Below, piece by piece: positions 1 to 9,708 of a stretch of 45,283 bases of DNA (positions are counted from its first letter, which is position 1; every line of letters begins with the position of its first letter). Below the pieces are notes generated by a model. That model did no database searches. It worked only from the letters and a program-made list of their open reading frames with translations, and was not told where the DNA came from. A program made the translations under genes and the position numbers. Source of the stretch: a virus (taxonomy: Duplodnaviria > Caudoviricetes); IMG/VR virus record IMGVR_UViG_3300032270_001188, positions 1 through 45,283 of that record. One strand, written 5' to 3'.

Positions 1-3000
1 GAAACGTCATTCAGGTCGTTTAGTTCAGACGATGTGGTTAGGGCATCGGTAATTCCATAGCCAGAAACCGTTGTTGGTGCGGTTCCAGCCGTGACGCGAC
101 CGTAGGTGTCAACAGTTACCGACCTGTAGGTTCCGGGGGTAACAACGCCGGATGCAAGGTCAATATCGTCTGCGTTAACAACGATTCTTCCCGACGATGC
201 AGTTCCAATATCAACCGTATTGCCAGTTTTTGATAATCCAGCACCAGCAACAGTTGTTTGAGCAGAGTTGAAGGTCGTGTAGGTAATGTCGTCTGTACCA
301 ATAGCAATTGGGTTGGTTGCCGAGGTGTTAATGAAACCAAACCCACCATTGAGTGTTCCGTTTTGCACAAACACGAACTTGCCGTACTTGATTTCGGTAT
401 TTGTGTCGGCGTCGGTCGGTCTGGTCAGAACAAATGGAATGCTTCCGCTTCCGAGGGTCGTGACTTCATAAATTCCGTTTTGCAGTGCAGAGGCTTGATT
501 TTTGACAAGAACTCGGTCTCCAACGCTAAGTGCATATCCGTCGATTGAACCAATTGCACCGTTGGTAGATTTTGTTAATGTTGCCCCAACCCCAGATGTT
601 CCGTTGGAGTAAGTAACAGCAGGAAGGGCAGAAACTGTAGATACTTGAGCAGCAGTGTCAAAGGTGATTCCCGCTGCAATGTTGTCCACATATTGTTTCG
701 TGGCAGCCTGCAAAGCAGATGCTGGGTCAGCAGGAAGGGTAACCGTGCCAGTAAATACTGGGCTAGCAATTGGTGCTTTTGTGTCAATCTGGGTTTGAAT
801 CGCCGAAGTTACGCCGTCAACGTAATTCAATTCCGTAGTTGTAAGGGTTGCACCGTCAAGGATATTGATTTCTGCGGCACTTGCCAAAACACCGTCAAGA
901 ATGTTGAGTTCGGCAGTTGTAGAAGTTACTCCATCAAGAAGATTGAGTTCCGCTGTTGATGATGTGATTCCGTCAAGAACATTAAGTTCCGCTGCTGTTG
1001 AAGTCACACCATCAAGAATGTTGAGTTCTGCTGTTGTTGCGGTTACGCCATCAAGAAGGTTGAGTTCCGTGACGCTTGAAGTTAGCGAGGTAATGTCGCC
1101 AACCACTATCCCTGTATTAACCCAGTTCGTTCCATCCCATTTCAAATACTGACCTGATGCAGCAGATGTAATAACAACATCGCCAACATTGTTCAGGTAT
1201 TGAATAGCAAGGTTTGCGGCTGCTGTTGAAGAGGCATCTGAATAAGCGGTGGTGGCTACCTTGGTTGAGTTGTCAAGAGCAAGTGCCGTTGGGGCAGTAG
1301 GAGTTCCAGTAAGCGCAGGGCTTGCTAGCGGTGCCTTAGCGTTCAACTGAGTCTGAATGGAAGAGGTAACACCGTCTACATAATTGAGTTCTGTTGTAGT
1401 GAGCGTTGCTCCGTCAAGAATATTGACTTCCGCCCCAGATGCGGTAACACCGTCAGTGAGGTCGGCTAGTGCATAAGTGAGAGCGTTTGCTGCGCCAATT
1501 GCATTTGCTTCTGCATTATTCGCAGCAGTTTGAGCAAATGCGGTTGTAGCAATCTGTGTCGTATTCGTGTTTACCGCTGCTGTTGGTGCTGCTGGAACCC
1601 CAGTTAGTGTGGGGCTTGCAAGATTCGCCTTAAGGTCCAAGGCAGTTTGACCTGCGGTTGAGACTGGCTTACTAGCATCTGATGTGTTGTCCACATTCCC
1701 AAGACCAACCATTGACTTGGAAACACCAGAGACAGTACCCGTAAATGTTGGTGAGGCTAAAGTCGCATAACCCTGACCAGTAACGAATGCAGTTGTTGCA
1801 ATTTGGGTTGTGCTTGTATTGGCAGCAGCAGTTGGTGCAGTTGGAACATCCGTAAATGCCGGACTCTGTAATGGAGCTTTGAAACTCAAAGCTGTTGCTA
1901 CCGATGTTCCGAATGACGAATCATCATTAAGCGCATCAGCCAATTCACCAAGCGTATTTAGTGCCACTCCAGCATCGCCAATCAATGCTGTAATTGCAGC
2001 ATCAGTATATGCAGTTGTCGCTATCTGCGTGTTATTTGTTCCCGGTGCAGCAGTTGGTGCTAGTGGTACTCCAGTAAGGCTCGGACTTGCAAGAGGCGCG
2101 AAGCCAGAAATTGATGCACCAGAAGGAATTGTTACAGTTCCCGTGAATGTTGGTGAGGCAAGGTTCGCTTTTAGTGCATCTGCGGCATCAACATAGGCGG
2201 TTGTTGCAACTGCCGTAGAGTTGTTGGAAGCAGTCTGAGTAGTGGCAATAGTTCCAGTTGGAAGAGTTGGCGTTCCAGTAAATGTTGGCGAAGCAAGGTT
2301 TGCCTTTAGTGCATCTGCAGCATCAACATACGCCGTTGTAGCAACCGCTGTAGTGTTATTAGAAGCGGTCTGTGTTGTGGCAATAGTTCCTGTAGGAAGA
2401 GTTGGTGTCCCCGTAAATGTTGGACTGGCAAGGTTTGCCTTAAGGTCAAGAGCGGCTTGCTGAGCGGTTGAAACTGGTTTTGCAGTATCGGCAGTGTTGT
2501 CAACATTGCCAAGACCAACATCTGTCCTAAAAATCCCAGTTGGGGTATTAATGGTAGGCGATGTAAGAGTTTTGTTGGTCAGTGTTTGGGTTGTATCAGT
2601 ACCTACAACAGTCGTAGTTGCATCTGGAAAAGTAATGGTTCTGTCTGCGGTTGGGTCAACGACTGTAAGTGTTGTCTCAAAGCCATCATCAGTTGTGCCT
2701 TCAAAAACAACCTGATTTTTAACATTGACAGCAGTGCTGTTAATCGTTGTGGTAGTTCCAGAAACAGTTAAGTTGCCGCTGACCGTGAGGTCGTTGAATG
2801 TTACGTTGCTACCTGTACCGACAGCCTGACCAATAGCAATAGTCGGAGTTGCAGTTTCACCAGAGTTGTTACTAAGGGTTACGCCCGTGCCAGCAACAAG
2901 TGATGCAACGTAATCTCCGGTTGTTTTGGTACCAAGTGCAACTGTGTTATCGGGAAGTGTTACCGTCCCCGTAAATGTTGGAGAAGCACTTGGAGCCTTA

Positions 3001-3725
3001 GTGTCAATCTGAGTTTGAATCGCAGAGGTTACGCCGTCAACATAGTTAAGTTCCGTGGTTGAAAGAGTTGCACCGTCAAGAATGTTTAACTCTGTAGCAG
3101 ATGCTGTAAGGACAACATCCTCGTTGATTTTTGGAGATGTCAGCGTTTTATTCGTTAGGGTTTGAGCCGTATCCGTGCCGACAAGGGTTGTCGTTGCATC
3201 AGGAATGGTGATAGTTCTATCCGCCGTTGGGTCGGTTACAGAAAGAGTTGTCTCAAACTCATTTGCAGTTGCACCTTCAAAAACAATGTTCCCATTTAGG
3301 TTTAGGTTGGCAAATGTTGGGCTTGCCGAAGACGCGACATCTTGTCCAATGGCAATGGTTGGCGCTGCACCTTCTCCAGAGTTATTGGTTACCGTAACAC
3401 CAGTACCAGCAACTAGTGATTCAACATATGAACCAACCGTGTCCGTTGAAAGGTTTACAGCATCGTTAATCCACGCTGTTCCGTTCCAGCGAAGGAAGTC
3501 TCCGTTGGCTGCGCTTGTAATCGTTACATCGGCAAGGTCATTTAGGCTTGAACCGCTTAGGTTGCCGTTGAAGTAGGCAAGGGAGTTGAATGCTGTTGAG
3601 CCGTTACCAATCTTGAATTTATTAGTGTCTGTTTCAAGACCGATTTCTCCAGAATAAAGAACGGTGTTAGCGGCAGCCCATGCGGCGGCAGTTGCTCTTT
3701 TGAGTTGTATTCTTGCACCAGCCAT
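1..3725 (-). CDS. Long tail fibre / receptor-binding protein with N-terminal Mtd_N-like domain (partial, runs off the left edge; >1240 aa)
   Basis: Not in the ORF track (no stop in window). ATG at 3725 overlaps the upstream stop (TAATG). Translates MAGARIQLKRATAAAWAAANTVLYSGEIGLETDTNKFKIGNGSTAFNSLAYF, the Mtd_N/HylP-type N-terminal signature. The same frame reads GYGITDA (tail-fibre repeat) at the window edge. Internal KANLASPTFTG and ELNxLDGxT repeats. Confidence 0.88.
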   Translation of the reverse strand, partial: MAGARIQLKRATAAAWAAANTVLYSGEIGLETDTNKFKIGNGSTAFNSLAYFNGNLSGSSLNDLADVTITSAANGDFLRWNGTAWINDAVNLSTDTVGSYVESLVAGTGVTVTNNSGEGAAPTIAIGQDVASSASPTFANLNLNGNIVFEGATANEFETTLSVTDPTADRTITIPDATTTLVGTDTAQTLTNKTLTSPKINEDVVLTASATELNILDGATLSTTELNYVDGVTSAIQTQIDTKAPSASPTFTGTVTLPDNTVALGTKTTGDYVASLVAGTGVTLSNNSGETATPTIAIGQAVGTGSNVTFNDLTVSGNLTVSGTTTTINSTAVNVKNQVVFEGTTDDGFETTLTVVDPTADRTITFPDATTTVVGTDTTQTLTNKTLTSPTINTPTGIFRTDVGLGNVDNTADTAKPVSTAQQAALDLKANLASPTFTGTPTLPTGTIATTQTASNNTTAVATTAYVDAADALKANLASPTFTGTPTLPTGTIATTQTASNNSTAVATTAYVDAADALKANLASPTFTGTVTIPSGASISGFAPLASPSLTGVPLAPTAAPGTNNTQIATTAYTDAAITALIGDAGVALNTLGELADALNDDSSFGTSVATALSFKAPLQSPAFTDVPTAPTAAANTSTTQIATTAFVTGQGYATLASPTFTGTVSGVSKSMVGLGNVDNTSDASKPVSTAGQTALDLKANLASPTLTGVPAAPTAAVNTNTTQIATTAFAQTAANNAEANAIGAANALTYALADLTDGVTASGAEVNILDGATLTTTELNYVDGVTSSIQTQLNAKAPLASPALTGTPTAPTALALDNSTKVATTAYSDASSTAAANLAIQYLNNVGDVVITSAASGQYLKWDGTNWVNTGIVVGDITSLTSSVTELNLLDGVTATTAELNILDGVTSTAAELNVLDGITSSTAELNLLDGVTSTTAELNILDGVLASAAEINILDGATLTTTELNYVDGVTSAIQTQIDTKAPIASPVFTGTVTLPADPASALQAATKQYVDNIAAGITFDTAAQVSTVSALPAVTYSNGTSGVGATLTKSTNGAIGSIDGYALSVGDRVLVKNQASALQNGIYEVTTLGSGSIPFVLTRPTDADTNTEIKYGKFVFVQNGTLNGGFGFINTSATNPIAIGTDDITYTTFNSAQTTVAGAGLSKTGNTVDIGTASSGRIVVNADDIDLASGVVTPGTYRSVTVDTYGRVTAGTAPTTVSGYGITDALTTSSELNDLNDV
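805..1080 (-). repeat. About 7 tandem 39-bp (13-aa) repeats, xxxAELNxLDGVT, in the tail fibre
   Basis: Units SSVTELNLLDGVT, ATTAELNILDGVT, STAAELNVLDGIT, SSTAELNLLDGVT, STTAELNILDGVL, ASAAEINILDGAT, LTTTELNYVDGVT. Shorter copies near 1365-1445 and 3025-3105. Confidence 0.9.
2146..2440 (-). repeat. 135-bp (45-aa) tandem duplication in the tail fibre
   Basis: aatgttgg...gcaagg recurs at about 2146, 2281 and 2416. Unit KANLASPTFTGTPTLPTGTIATTQTASNNxTAVATTAYVDAADAL. Confidence 0.88.
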
Positions 3726-4183
3726 TACAGCTCCCCACCGTCGTAACTAGCGATTATGTTATTTGTGACGTCTGCTTCAAAAATTTCAACAAAGGTGTCG
3801 CCCCCATCAATGTCGCCAGAAACAGCACCAACCCCACCACCCGAAACTTGCACCCAAGCACCCTTAGAGCGAAAGTAGAAGGCATCGTTTAGTGTGTCTA
3901 TGGCAAGAGCACCATCCGGGAGATTCGCTGTCGGAACAGCGCTTACCGTCATAGTGACAACACCTGCTGATGCTTTTAGTACATCATCGGTGGCAAGAAC
4001 ACTTGCTGATTCACGATAAAGATTGGTGTCGTAAGTGCCAGTACCATCACTCCAGGACAAGCGGCCGCCTGCTTCAAGTTTTACGCGACCGTAAACTTCA
4101 CCGTCAAGAAATACGGTGAGCGCATCAGAGCCAGCAGATGCCAACTGCTTGATGGTAATAGGAGTTATAAATTTTTGTGCCAC
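3725..4183 (-). CDS. Virion/tail-fibre accessory protein (152 aa)
   Basis: GTG start with GAGGT upstream. Lies between two fibre genes and is coupled to the long fibre. C-terminal DIDGG/YDGG motifs. Confidence 0.6.
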   Translation of the reverse strand: MAQKFITPITIKQLASAGSDALTVFLDGEVYGRVKLEAGGRLSWSDGTGTYDTNLYRESASVLATDDVLKASAGVVTMTVSAVPTANLPDGALAIDTLNDAFYFRSKGAWVQVSGGGVGAVSGDIDGGDTFVEIFEADVTNNIIASYDGGEL

Positions 4184-4212
4184 TTGCGACCTCGATCGCT
4201 ATTGCTTGTAGT

Positions 4213-4235
4213 TCGATTAACCCCTCAAGGCTAAT
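4213..4235 (-). terminator. Intergenic stem-loop (possible terminator or processing site)
   Basis: Minus strand GATTAGCCC-TTGAG-GGGTTAATC, 9-bp stem with one G-U pair, just after the 4249 stop. No strong U tract. Confidence 0.35.
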
Positions 4236-4248
4236 CTATGGTTAAAAT

Positions 4249-5553
4249 TTAGCCCGTTACGACAATTCTGTAATCTCCTGCGGCGATTGATCCAAGAAGC
4301 GTGACCGTCACAGTGTCTGCATTGGCTCTGACAACATCCCCGATGACCGTTGCTCCACCAGCAACTTCGACAATCTGAACACTCACATCAAGTGTGCCGA
4401 AGTTGTGGGTTACTGTCGTTGTGGAAGTGCCAGAAGTGGAGGCAGCACAACCCTGGCTGGCGATACGGGCAAGTGTTGATGTGCTTGTTGTGACTGCACC
4501 AGCAGTTGTCTTGATACCAAGATTTGTACGAGCAGTTGCCGCATCACTTGCGCCAGTACCACCGTCTGCAACGGCAACATCAGTACCGTTCCAAACACCT
4601 GTGGTGATTGTACCGAGCGTGGTGATTGAGGACTGACCAACGTAAGTTGATGCAATGTCAATCGCATCAGCCGTAATTGCTGTTCTATTGGCAGTTACGT
4701 TGACATTGATGGTGTTTCCACTCTGGGAGATACCATCACCAGCAGTAAATGAGCCAGCGCCAGAGAACTGCGTCCACTCAATACCCGTTGAATCAATTGT
4801 GATTGTTCCGTTTGTGGAAACAACAAACCCTTTATCGGAGTTGACGGTACCTTCTTCAACGAAAGTAAAAGTTCCCGACTTGAGTTCACCCGTGTCGGCT
4901 GTTCCGTTTGCGTCAGATGACCGCGATGCTGCACCAGAAGCGGTAGCAACATAGATACCGTTTTCAAGCGCAGTACTTTGGTTCTTTACGAGAACGCGGT
5001 CACCAGTAACAAGAGTTACACCGTCAATGGTGTCGCCATTATTTAGGTCGGATGAAAGGTTGATTGCCGCAGTGGTAGCAACTCTTACGGATTGCTTGAC
5101 ATCAAGACCTTGACGGGCAGCATCAACATAACCCTTAGTGGCAATGTGGTTAGAATCTGTTGGGGTAGCGACCTTTGCATTGCCGTTTCCATCACGCTTT
5201 ACAAGTTTGCTTGCGGTTGCATCCGAAGTTGCATCTGTGAGCATCTGCCACATTGCGGCTGGCAATAGACCAGCACTATCGGTATCAGCAACAGCTAGAG
5301 TAAGAGTAATTGTGCCGTTTGATTCAGAAACCGTAAGGGCTTCAGCAATACCAGCACCACCACCAGAGACAAAGGTGTGAGGGATTGAAACAAAGGCTGA
5401 ACCCGTATACACCTTGATGGTGTCGGTTGCAGTGTTATAAACAAGGCGACCTTCAAAGTTTCCCGAAGTGGGGTCGGTCGCTACCTTTTGGAAAGTGGCA
5501 TTAAGGAGTTCATTTTGATTGAGGTCTAAATTTGTAAGAAATTTTTGTGCCAT
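4249..5553 (-). CDS. Tail fibre / virion structural protein (434 aa)
   Basis: Thr/Gly/Ala-rich. ATKGYVD, IDGVTLVTGDRVLVKNQ..ENGIYV and VADGGTGAS..ATARTNLG motifs typical of phage fibres. Confidence 0.8.
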   Translation of the reverse strand: MAQKFLTNLDLNQNELLNATFQKVATDPTSGNFEGRLVYNTATDTIKVYTGSAFVSIPHTFVSGGGAGIAEALTVSESNGTITLTLAVADTDSAGLLPAAMWQMLTDATSDATASKLVKRDGNGNAKVATPTDSNHIATKGYVDAARQGLDVKQSVRVATTAAINLSSDLNNGDTIDGVTLVTGDRVLVKNQSTALENGIYVATASGAASRSSDANGTADTGELKSGTFTFVEEGTVNSDKGFVVSTNGTITIDSTGIEWTQFSGAGSFTAGDGISQSGNTINVNVTANRTAITADAIDIASTYVGQSSITTLGTITTGVWNGTDVAVADGGTGASDAATARTNLGIKTTAGAVTTSTSTLARIASQGCAASTSGTSTTTVTHNFGTLDVSVQIVEVAGGATVIGDVVRANADTVTVTLLGSIAAGDYRIVVTG

Positions 5554-5562
5554 TTTACGTCC

Positions 5563-5871
5563 TTATGTGAGATAGGCTTTGCCCGAAAACGCTGCCGAAA
5601 AAGTCACTGCCACCTGAGTGTTGCTTAAATATTGTACCTCACCAAAGACATGTGTATCTGCAGAGTCCACTATTGTTACTTGTGGTTTGCCTCCGAGAGT
5701 GTGGGTTATGGTCCATGTGGTTGAAGCCGTGCCTTGGGTGTGTTCGTAACGGCGAGACACGCTGGATGCGCTCGACATCCTGACATTAACTAGGTTCGGA
5801 GCATCTTGGTTGACAAGAACTTGATTTGGGGTGTCTTGGTTAATGTAAACCTGATTGGGGATATTGCTCAT
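5563..5871 (-). CDS. Small fibre-associated structural protein (102 aa)
   Basis: HTQGTASTTWTITHTLG..PQVTIVD beta-rich module resembling the C-terminus of 4249..5553 (VTHNFGT..VSVQIVE). Confidence 0.65.
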   Translation of the reverse strand: MSNIPNQVYINQDTPNQVLVNQDAPNLVNVRMSSASSVSRRYEHTQGTASTTWTITHTLGGKPQVTIVDSADTHVFGEVQYLSNTQVAVTFSAAFSGKAYLT

Positions 5872-6248
5872 CGAGTAACCTCAGGGATAACCGTGACTGT
5901 TCCTCGGATCACCTTTGACACCTCGCCCAGTGAGTCAATTATTTCTAGGTCATAAACCCCGTCGGAGGTAAGCAACGCAGTATTGGTTGCGGTTATGGAC
6001 AACTTAATCTCATTGTCTTCGGTGCCTGGGTTTATGGTGATTCCACCATTTTCGGTGGTGAGGGAAAGCATTGCGGTTGAAGAGTCAACATTTCTGCGAA
6101 TCTGCATGCGCGCCGTGTATCCATTAAGTAGAAATGGCTCAAAAGTTGCCCCAGTGGGGTCTGTTACAAGGTCAGGCTGTTCAACAGAGATGAGTCGACC
6201 AAAGGTGGAACCCTGCTCTATCGTCATATTGTAAGTTCCAGCAATCAT
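5868..6248 (-). CDS. Virion structural protein, fibre-attachment / BppU-like Ig fold (126 aa)
   Basis: IEQGSTF...GYTARMQIR...GVYDLEI...GTVTVIPEVTR pattern; AGGAG RBS; ATGA overlap with the next gene. Confidence 0.65.
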   Translation of the reverse strand: MIAGTYNMTIEQGSTFGRLISVEQPDLVTDPTGATFEPFLLNGYTARMQIRRNVDSSTAMLSLTTENGGITINPGTEDNEIKLSITATNTALLTSDGVYDLEIIDSLGEVSKVIRGTVTVIPEVTR

Positions 6249-6316
6249 GAACAGACTCTCCTAGGTATATGCCTATTAGAGTTTAGGCTATTGGCCTCAA
6301 GTGGGACAGAACCTCT

Positions 6317-6532
6317 TTAGAGAACTGAACTGGAATCTTTGTTTGGGCCAACCTTTTTGAGCCCAAGCGCTGCGGCAACAGTCAGAGCTAGTGCCGTGAC
6401 TCCAACCTTGAGATTGTCGGTTTTTGTGAGTGAATCAAAATCCAATCCACTTGCCATTGCTGAACCCAACCAACCAGTCAGGAAAGCCATTGCTGATCTT
6501 TCTGCTGTGTCTTTAATGAATTTAGTGCTCAT
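6317..6532 (-). CDS. Putative holin (r1t-like, two hydrophobic segments; 71 aa)
   Basis: KDTAERSAMAFLTGWLG resembles the r1t-holin AERA motif; two hydrophobic stretches; basic C-terminal tail; GAGG RBS. Confidence 0.55.
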   Translation of the reverse strand: MSTKFIKDTAERSAMAFLTGWLGSAMASGLDFDSLTKTDNLKVGVTALALTVAAALGLKKVGPNKDSSSVL

Positions 6533-6573
6533 GTCTACCTCTTTCTAAGGGTATCTATATCTTATCATTTTGT

Positions 6574-7788
6574 TTAGCTGAGTTTGCCTTGGTTGAAGGC
6601 ACCAAACTGCGAATCGTTTAGAATGAAACCAAACTCATCTAAGGTTTCGTGCAAAACGGTAAATCCAGCAGGTTTAGCATCTTGTATTACGGCAAGCACT
6701 TCTGGACTCGAGGTACCTTCCACTGGGTTCCCTGGGGTCTCGGAAACCAATGTTCTGATCAGAATCTCAAACCTGTTGCCATCGTTGAGAGGGGTTACGA
6801 GAACCGACTTGGAACCCGAGAGAGCAAGTTTGGCAGATTCTTTCAAAGCTCGTTTTGATCCTGCAGTCTGACCATACGCCTTGGTTGTCAGTTGCCATCT
6901 CTCAAATTCCACCGTGCTATCGACCACATCCACACCACCAACCATGACCGAGTCTCTCAGATTTGTTCCGACAAACTGTGCGGCCCATGGTATTAGTTCT
7001 TCAGGCATTAGGTTTGGGTTTGTCAACTTGCTTTCAGACATATCATGCACAGGTGACCCCACGATTTGTCTAGTTGAGTCAGTATCGGCTTGACCGATTG
7101 TTGCTACTTCAAGGAATGTGTCCATCACTTTGGACATATTGGCAGTAAGAGAGTGGTATATCTTGTCCATTGGGCGTGTGGGTGCCACGGACACATCATC
7201 AACGTCTCTATATATGTCTGGAAAATAGACTTTTGATAACTGACAAAATTGATTATCAAGGTGGGGAGCATTGTTCGTCAGGGTGGTCATGCTCACATAA
7301 AATGCTGGAGCATTTGAGGAAACCATGGTTATCTTGATGTCTTTTGATGATGTTGCCGAGGTTCCAAAAGTTTTAGCATTTGAAAAAACAGGACTCCACA
7401 CACCAACGACAGCGTTGTTTGTGTATCCAGTTTCGGTCGTGTATGCCTTGTCGGCATCGTGAAGGTAGGCAGTTATTTCAAGTGGTGAATCGCAATACAC
7501 CAAGCAATGAAAAATCAATTCATCGCTGACATTGGGAAATTCAATTTCAAACTCTTCTGTTCTGATTATCTGATTACCCGACTGACTGTTTTGGATAGAA
7601 AGAGAAAATCTGTCAGCAGAGTAAAACGGTGAACGCACGGCTGTAAAAGTTGCCGGACTATCAACAGTCCATCCACCTCCCTGAATGTCCACCTCATTGT
7701 ACGACAGGGATTCATTTGAGTTTGGGTTTGTTGCTTTACGGTAGAGAGCCAACTCGTCTGGTAGGAGATTGCTTTGAATGGGTCTCAC
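6574..7788 (-). CDS. Baseplate wedge / P2 gpI-like tail protein with N-terminal beta domain (404 aa)
   Basis: Follows baseplate J. PEELIPWAAQFVG...AGSKRAL...AKPAGF pattern of gpI-like proteins. Confidence 0.6.
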   Translation of the reverse strand: MRPIQSNLLPDELALYRKATNPNSNESLSYNEVDIQGGGWTVDSPATFTAVRSPFYSADRFSLSIQNSQSGNQIIRTEEFEIEFPNVSDELIFHCLVYCDSPLEITAYLHDADKAYTTETGYTNNAVVGVWSPVFSNAKTFGTSATSSKDIKITMVSSNAPAFYVSMTTLTNNAPHLDNQFCQLSKVYFPDIYRDVDDVSVAPTRPMDKIYHSLTANMSKVMDTFLEVATIGQADTDSTRQIVGSPVHDMSESKLTNPNLMPEELIPWAAQFVGTNLRDSVMVGGVDVVDSTVEFERWQLTTKAYGQTAGSKRALKESAKLALSGSKSVLVTPLNDGNRFEILIRTLVSETPGNPVEGTSSPEVLAVIQDAKPAGFTVLHETLDEFGFILNDSQFGAFNQGKLS

Positions 7789-8990
7789 AGGTAGTTCACC
7801 GTTATCGTGAGATCGGCATCCAGTAACTCTGGCAAAACACCCTTATCGTCAAACTGTAAATCATCCCCCGATGCAGTTGTGTCAGGACATGTCATTGTAA
7901 ATGAAGGAACATATATAACACCCGGTACCGACATGATGCTGGAAATGATAGAAGATTTGCGCAACTTATCTTCGGCATCGGAGAATTTGGAAGGTGAAAG
8001 AAAATTGAATAAGTTCGCTTTAATGGAGTCTGTTGCTGAATTGAGATTCATGTTTTTGTCAATTACCACCGAAGCAGTGATAACTGGATTTTTTATCTGA
8101 ATATCCTCCACAATCAAAACCAATCCAGCAGTCATTCGATCTTGAAGAATGACTGACACCTCTTTTCTAGAAAGATAATTTAGTGGCGCACCATTTCCGT
8201 ATACAAACAGAGAAACATAGCCAGGAACATCGGTGGCAGTTTGACTCCTGTCTAGTTCGGCATCCATTAAGTTCACTGCCCTTGCTCTAGTGATTGTTGC
8301 AAATTGTGTTATGGCAAATGCCTCAATCTGTTGTGCTGTTGTCAAGGAATTTCCCAATGCTCTCAGGTACGTTGCAAACCTTGCAAGAAACTCAGCATCC
8401 GTCTCCTCTTCGGTTCCCTGCTCAAATGTGTCCAAGGCAACTGCAGAGTCACTCACGAATTGCGAATTCAAAATCATCAAAGTTTTGCCTGCAGCAACTG
8501 GTTGTCTGTACCCAATAGTTGTAGCAGACAGGGTGACTGTGGTTGATGGTAAGGGGGTTGGTGGGTCAGCAGATAGATCCGGCTCTACGGGGTCAATGAT
8601 CACGGCTGAGGTTATTTCAAAATAATCCCTGTATGTGGTCCCATTCAGTGTGTAGGAGCATTCAAAAGTGGTTCCTGCTTCAAGTTCTCCACCAGCGTAA
8701 TCAAGAGCAGTTATGGTTGCCGTCACGGTAGCAAATAGTGCCTCGCGTCTCGTTACTCCAATTAGATTCGCCAAACCCTCCATGACCATGTTGGGTAGAG
8801 TGTTTATGTGATTGATTGCCACTGTCGTTAAATACGAAAAAGCCTGAACAAGCGCGTCTTCAACCGTCCCCGGTCTGACGGACATGCCAGGAATGTTCAG
8901 TTGAAGTAATTCAAGCGTGCTTAGGTATAGTTCGGCAGGATCCCTGTCGTATAGCTGCATGTTTACATAGGCGGAAAAATCAACAGACAT
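7785..8990 (-). CDS. Baseplate J-like wedge protein (401 aa)
   Basis: RPGTVEDALV, LANLIGVTRREA, GTEEETDAEFLAR, PGYVSLFV, IMSVPGV motifs; position after a gp25-like gene. Confidence 0.85.
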   Translation of the reverse strand: MSVDFSAYVNMQLYDRDPAELYLSTLELLQLNIPGMSVRPGTVEDALVQAFSYLTTVAINHINTLPNMVMEGLANLIGVTRREALFATVTATITALDYAGGELEAGTTFECSYTLNGTTYRDYFEITSAVIIDPVEPDLSADPPTPLPSTTVTLSATTIGYRQPVAAGKTLMILNSQFVSDSAVALDTFEQGTEEETDAEFLARFATYLRALGNSLTTAQQIEAFAITQFATITRARAVNLMDAELDRSQTATDVPGYVSLFVYGNGAPLNYLSRKEVSVILQDRMTAGLVLIVEDIQIKNPVITASVVIDKNMNLNSATDSIKANLFNFLSPSKFSDAEDKLRKSSIISSIMSVPGVIYVPSFTMTCPDTTASGDDLQFDDKGVLPELLDADLTITVNYL

Positions 8991-8991
8991 A

Positions 8992-9291
8992 TTACTCCAT
9001 CCTGAAAGATACTTTGAATTTGGATTGACCAGTTTGTTCGTCTAGTTCTATTTCTGCCTCGGTAATTGATATATTTGGAAAGAACCGAGAAGCTTGTAAT
9101 ATGAATTGACCCCTATCAACCACTTCAAACGTTGGATCAAAAACTCCGAATGTTGGTGAAAATGGGTGTGTCTGCGGTTCGGTTAATGCACACATTGATA
9201 ATAATTGCGCATAGTAATCTACGCTTTCATCTTCAAGCACCACAAGAGAACCAGTATTGTCAATCTGGATTGGAAATTTTAGGGTTGGCAT
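8992..9291 (-). CDS. gp25/gpW-like baseplate wedge (sheath initiator) (99 aa)
   Basis: LKFPI...LTEPQTHPFSPTFGV.DP; size and position between spike and J. Confidence 0.7.
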   Translation of the reverse strand: MPTLKFPIQIDNTGSLVVLEDESVDYYAQLLSMCALTEPQTHPFSPTFGVFDPTFEVVDRGQFILQASRFFPNISITEAEIELDEQTGQSKFKVSFRME

Positions 9292-9309
9292 ATATCTAGT
9301 CCTTTCGTG

Positions 9310-9708
9310 TTAGTGAGTATGAGAAGTAGAACTCTTCCCAGGCATGGCCGACTCAAGTGCAGCAATTCTTGCTGTAAGCGATGTGATAGTGGTGGCCATG
9401 GTGGCAACTACTGCGGCACTTGCGAACACATCTACTACTATATTACACCTTCCAAGGATGGCACACCTTTCACGATCATTGTTCATGAGAGCCACATAAA
9501 CCACATCTTTGGGTTGGTACTGGTGGAGGGCAGTTACACCAACTGCCTGACCAGTCATGCTTATTGACAAATCCGGTATTCGAACCGAAACGCTGTTTCC
9601 ACTAACCGCACCGACCACCCCTAGCCAAACCCCACCACCAACAAATGGGTGAGGAGCGCCATTGTTCCTATTGATGACATCTAGTTCTCCTAGGCCATAA
9701 TCACTCAT
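9310..9708 (-). CDS. Baseplate central spike (gpV-like, short; 132 aa)
   Basis: N-terminal OB-fold-like GVVGAV...VSVRIPDL...VYVALM...AILG; terminal HTH (HxH metal-binding tip as in P2 gpV); position after the hub. Confidence 0.65.
   Translation of the reverse strand: MSDYGLGELDVINRNNGAPHPFVGGGVWLGVVGAVSGNSVSVRIPDLSISMTGQAVGVTALHQYQPKDVVYVALMNNDRERCAILGRCNIVVDVFASAAVVATMATTITSLTARIAALESAMPGKSSTSHTH

Noticed and set aside
805-1080. 39-bp periodic repeats as a CRISPR array
   Set aside because: No unique spacers; variation concentrates at synonymous positions of an in-frame 13-aa repeat.
116-3576. Many short track ORFs on both strands over the left end
   Set aside because: Shadow frames of the long minus-strand fibre gene (3725 to <1), which the track omits because it has no stop in the window.
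3560-3725. Mtd_N domain as a sign of a diversity-generating retroelement
   Set aside because: No reverse transcriptase or TR/VR pair in the window; Mtd_N is a common fibre attachment domain. The fibre C-terminus is outside the window, so this is not excluded genome-wide.
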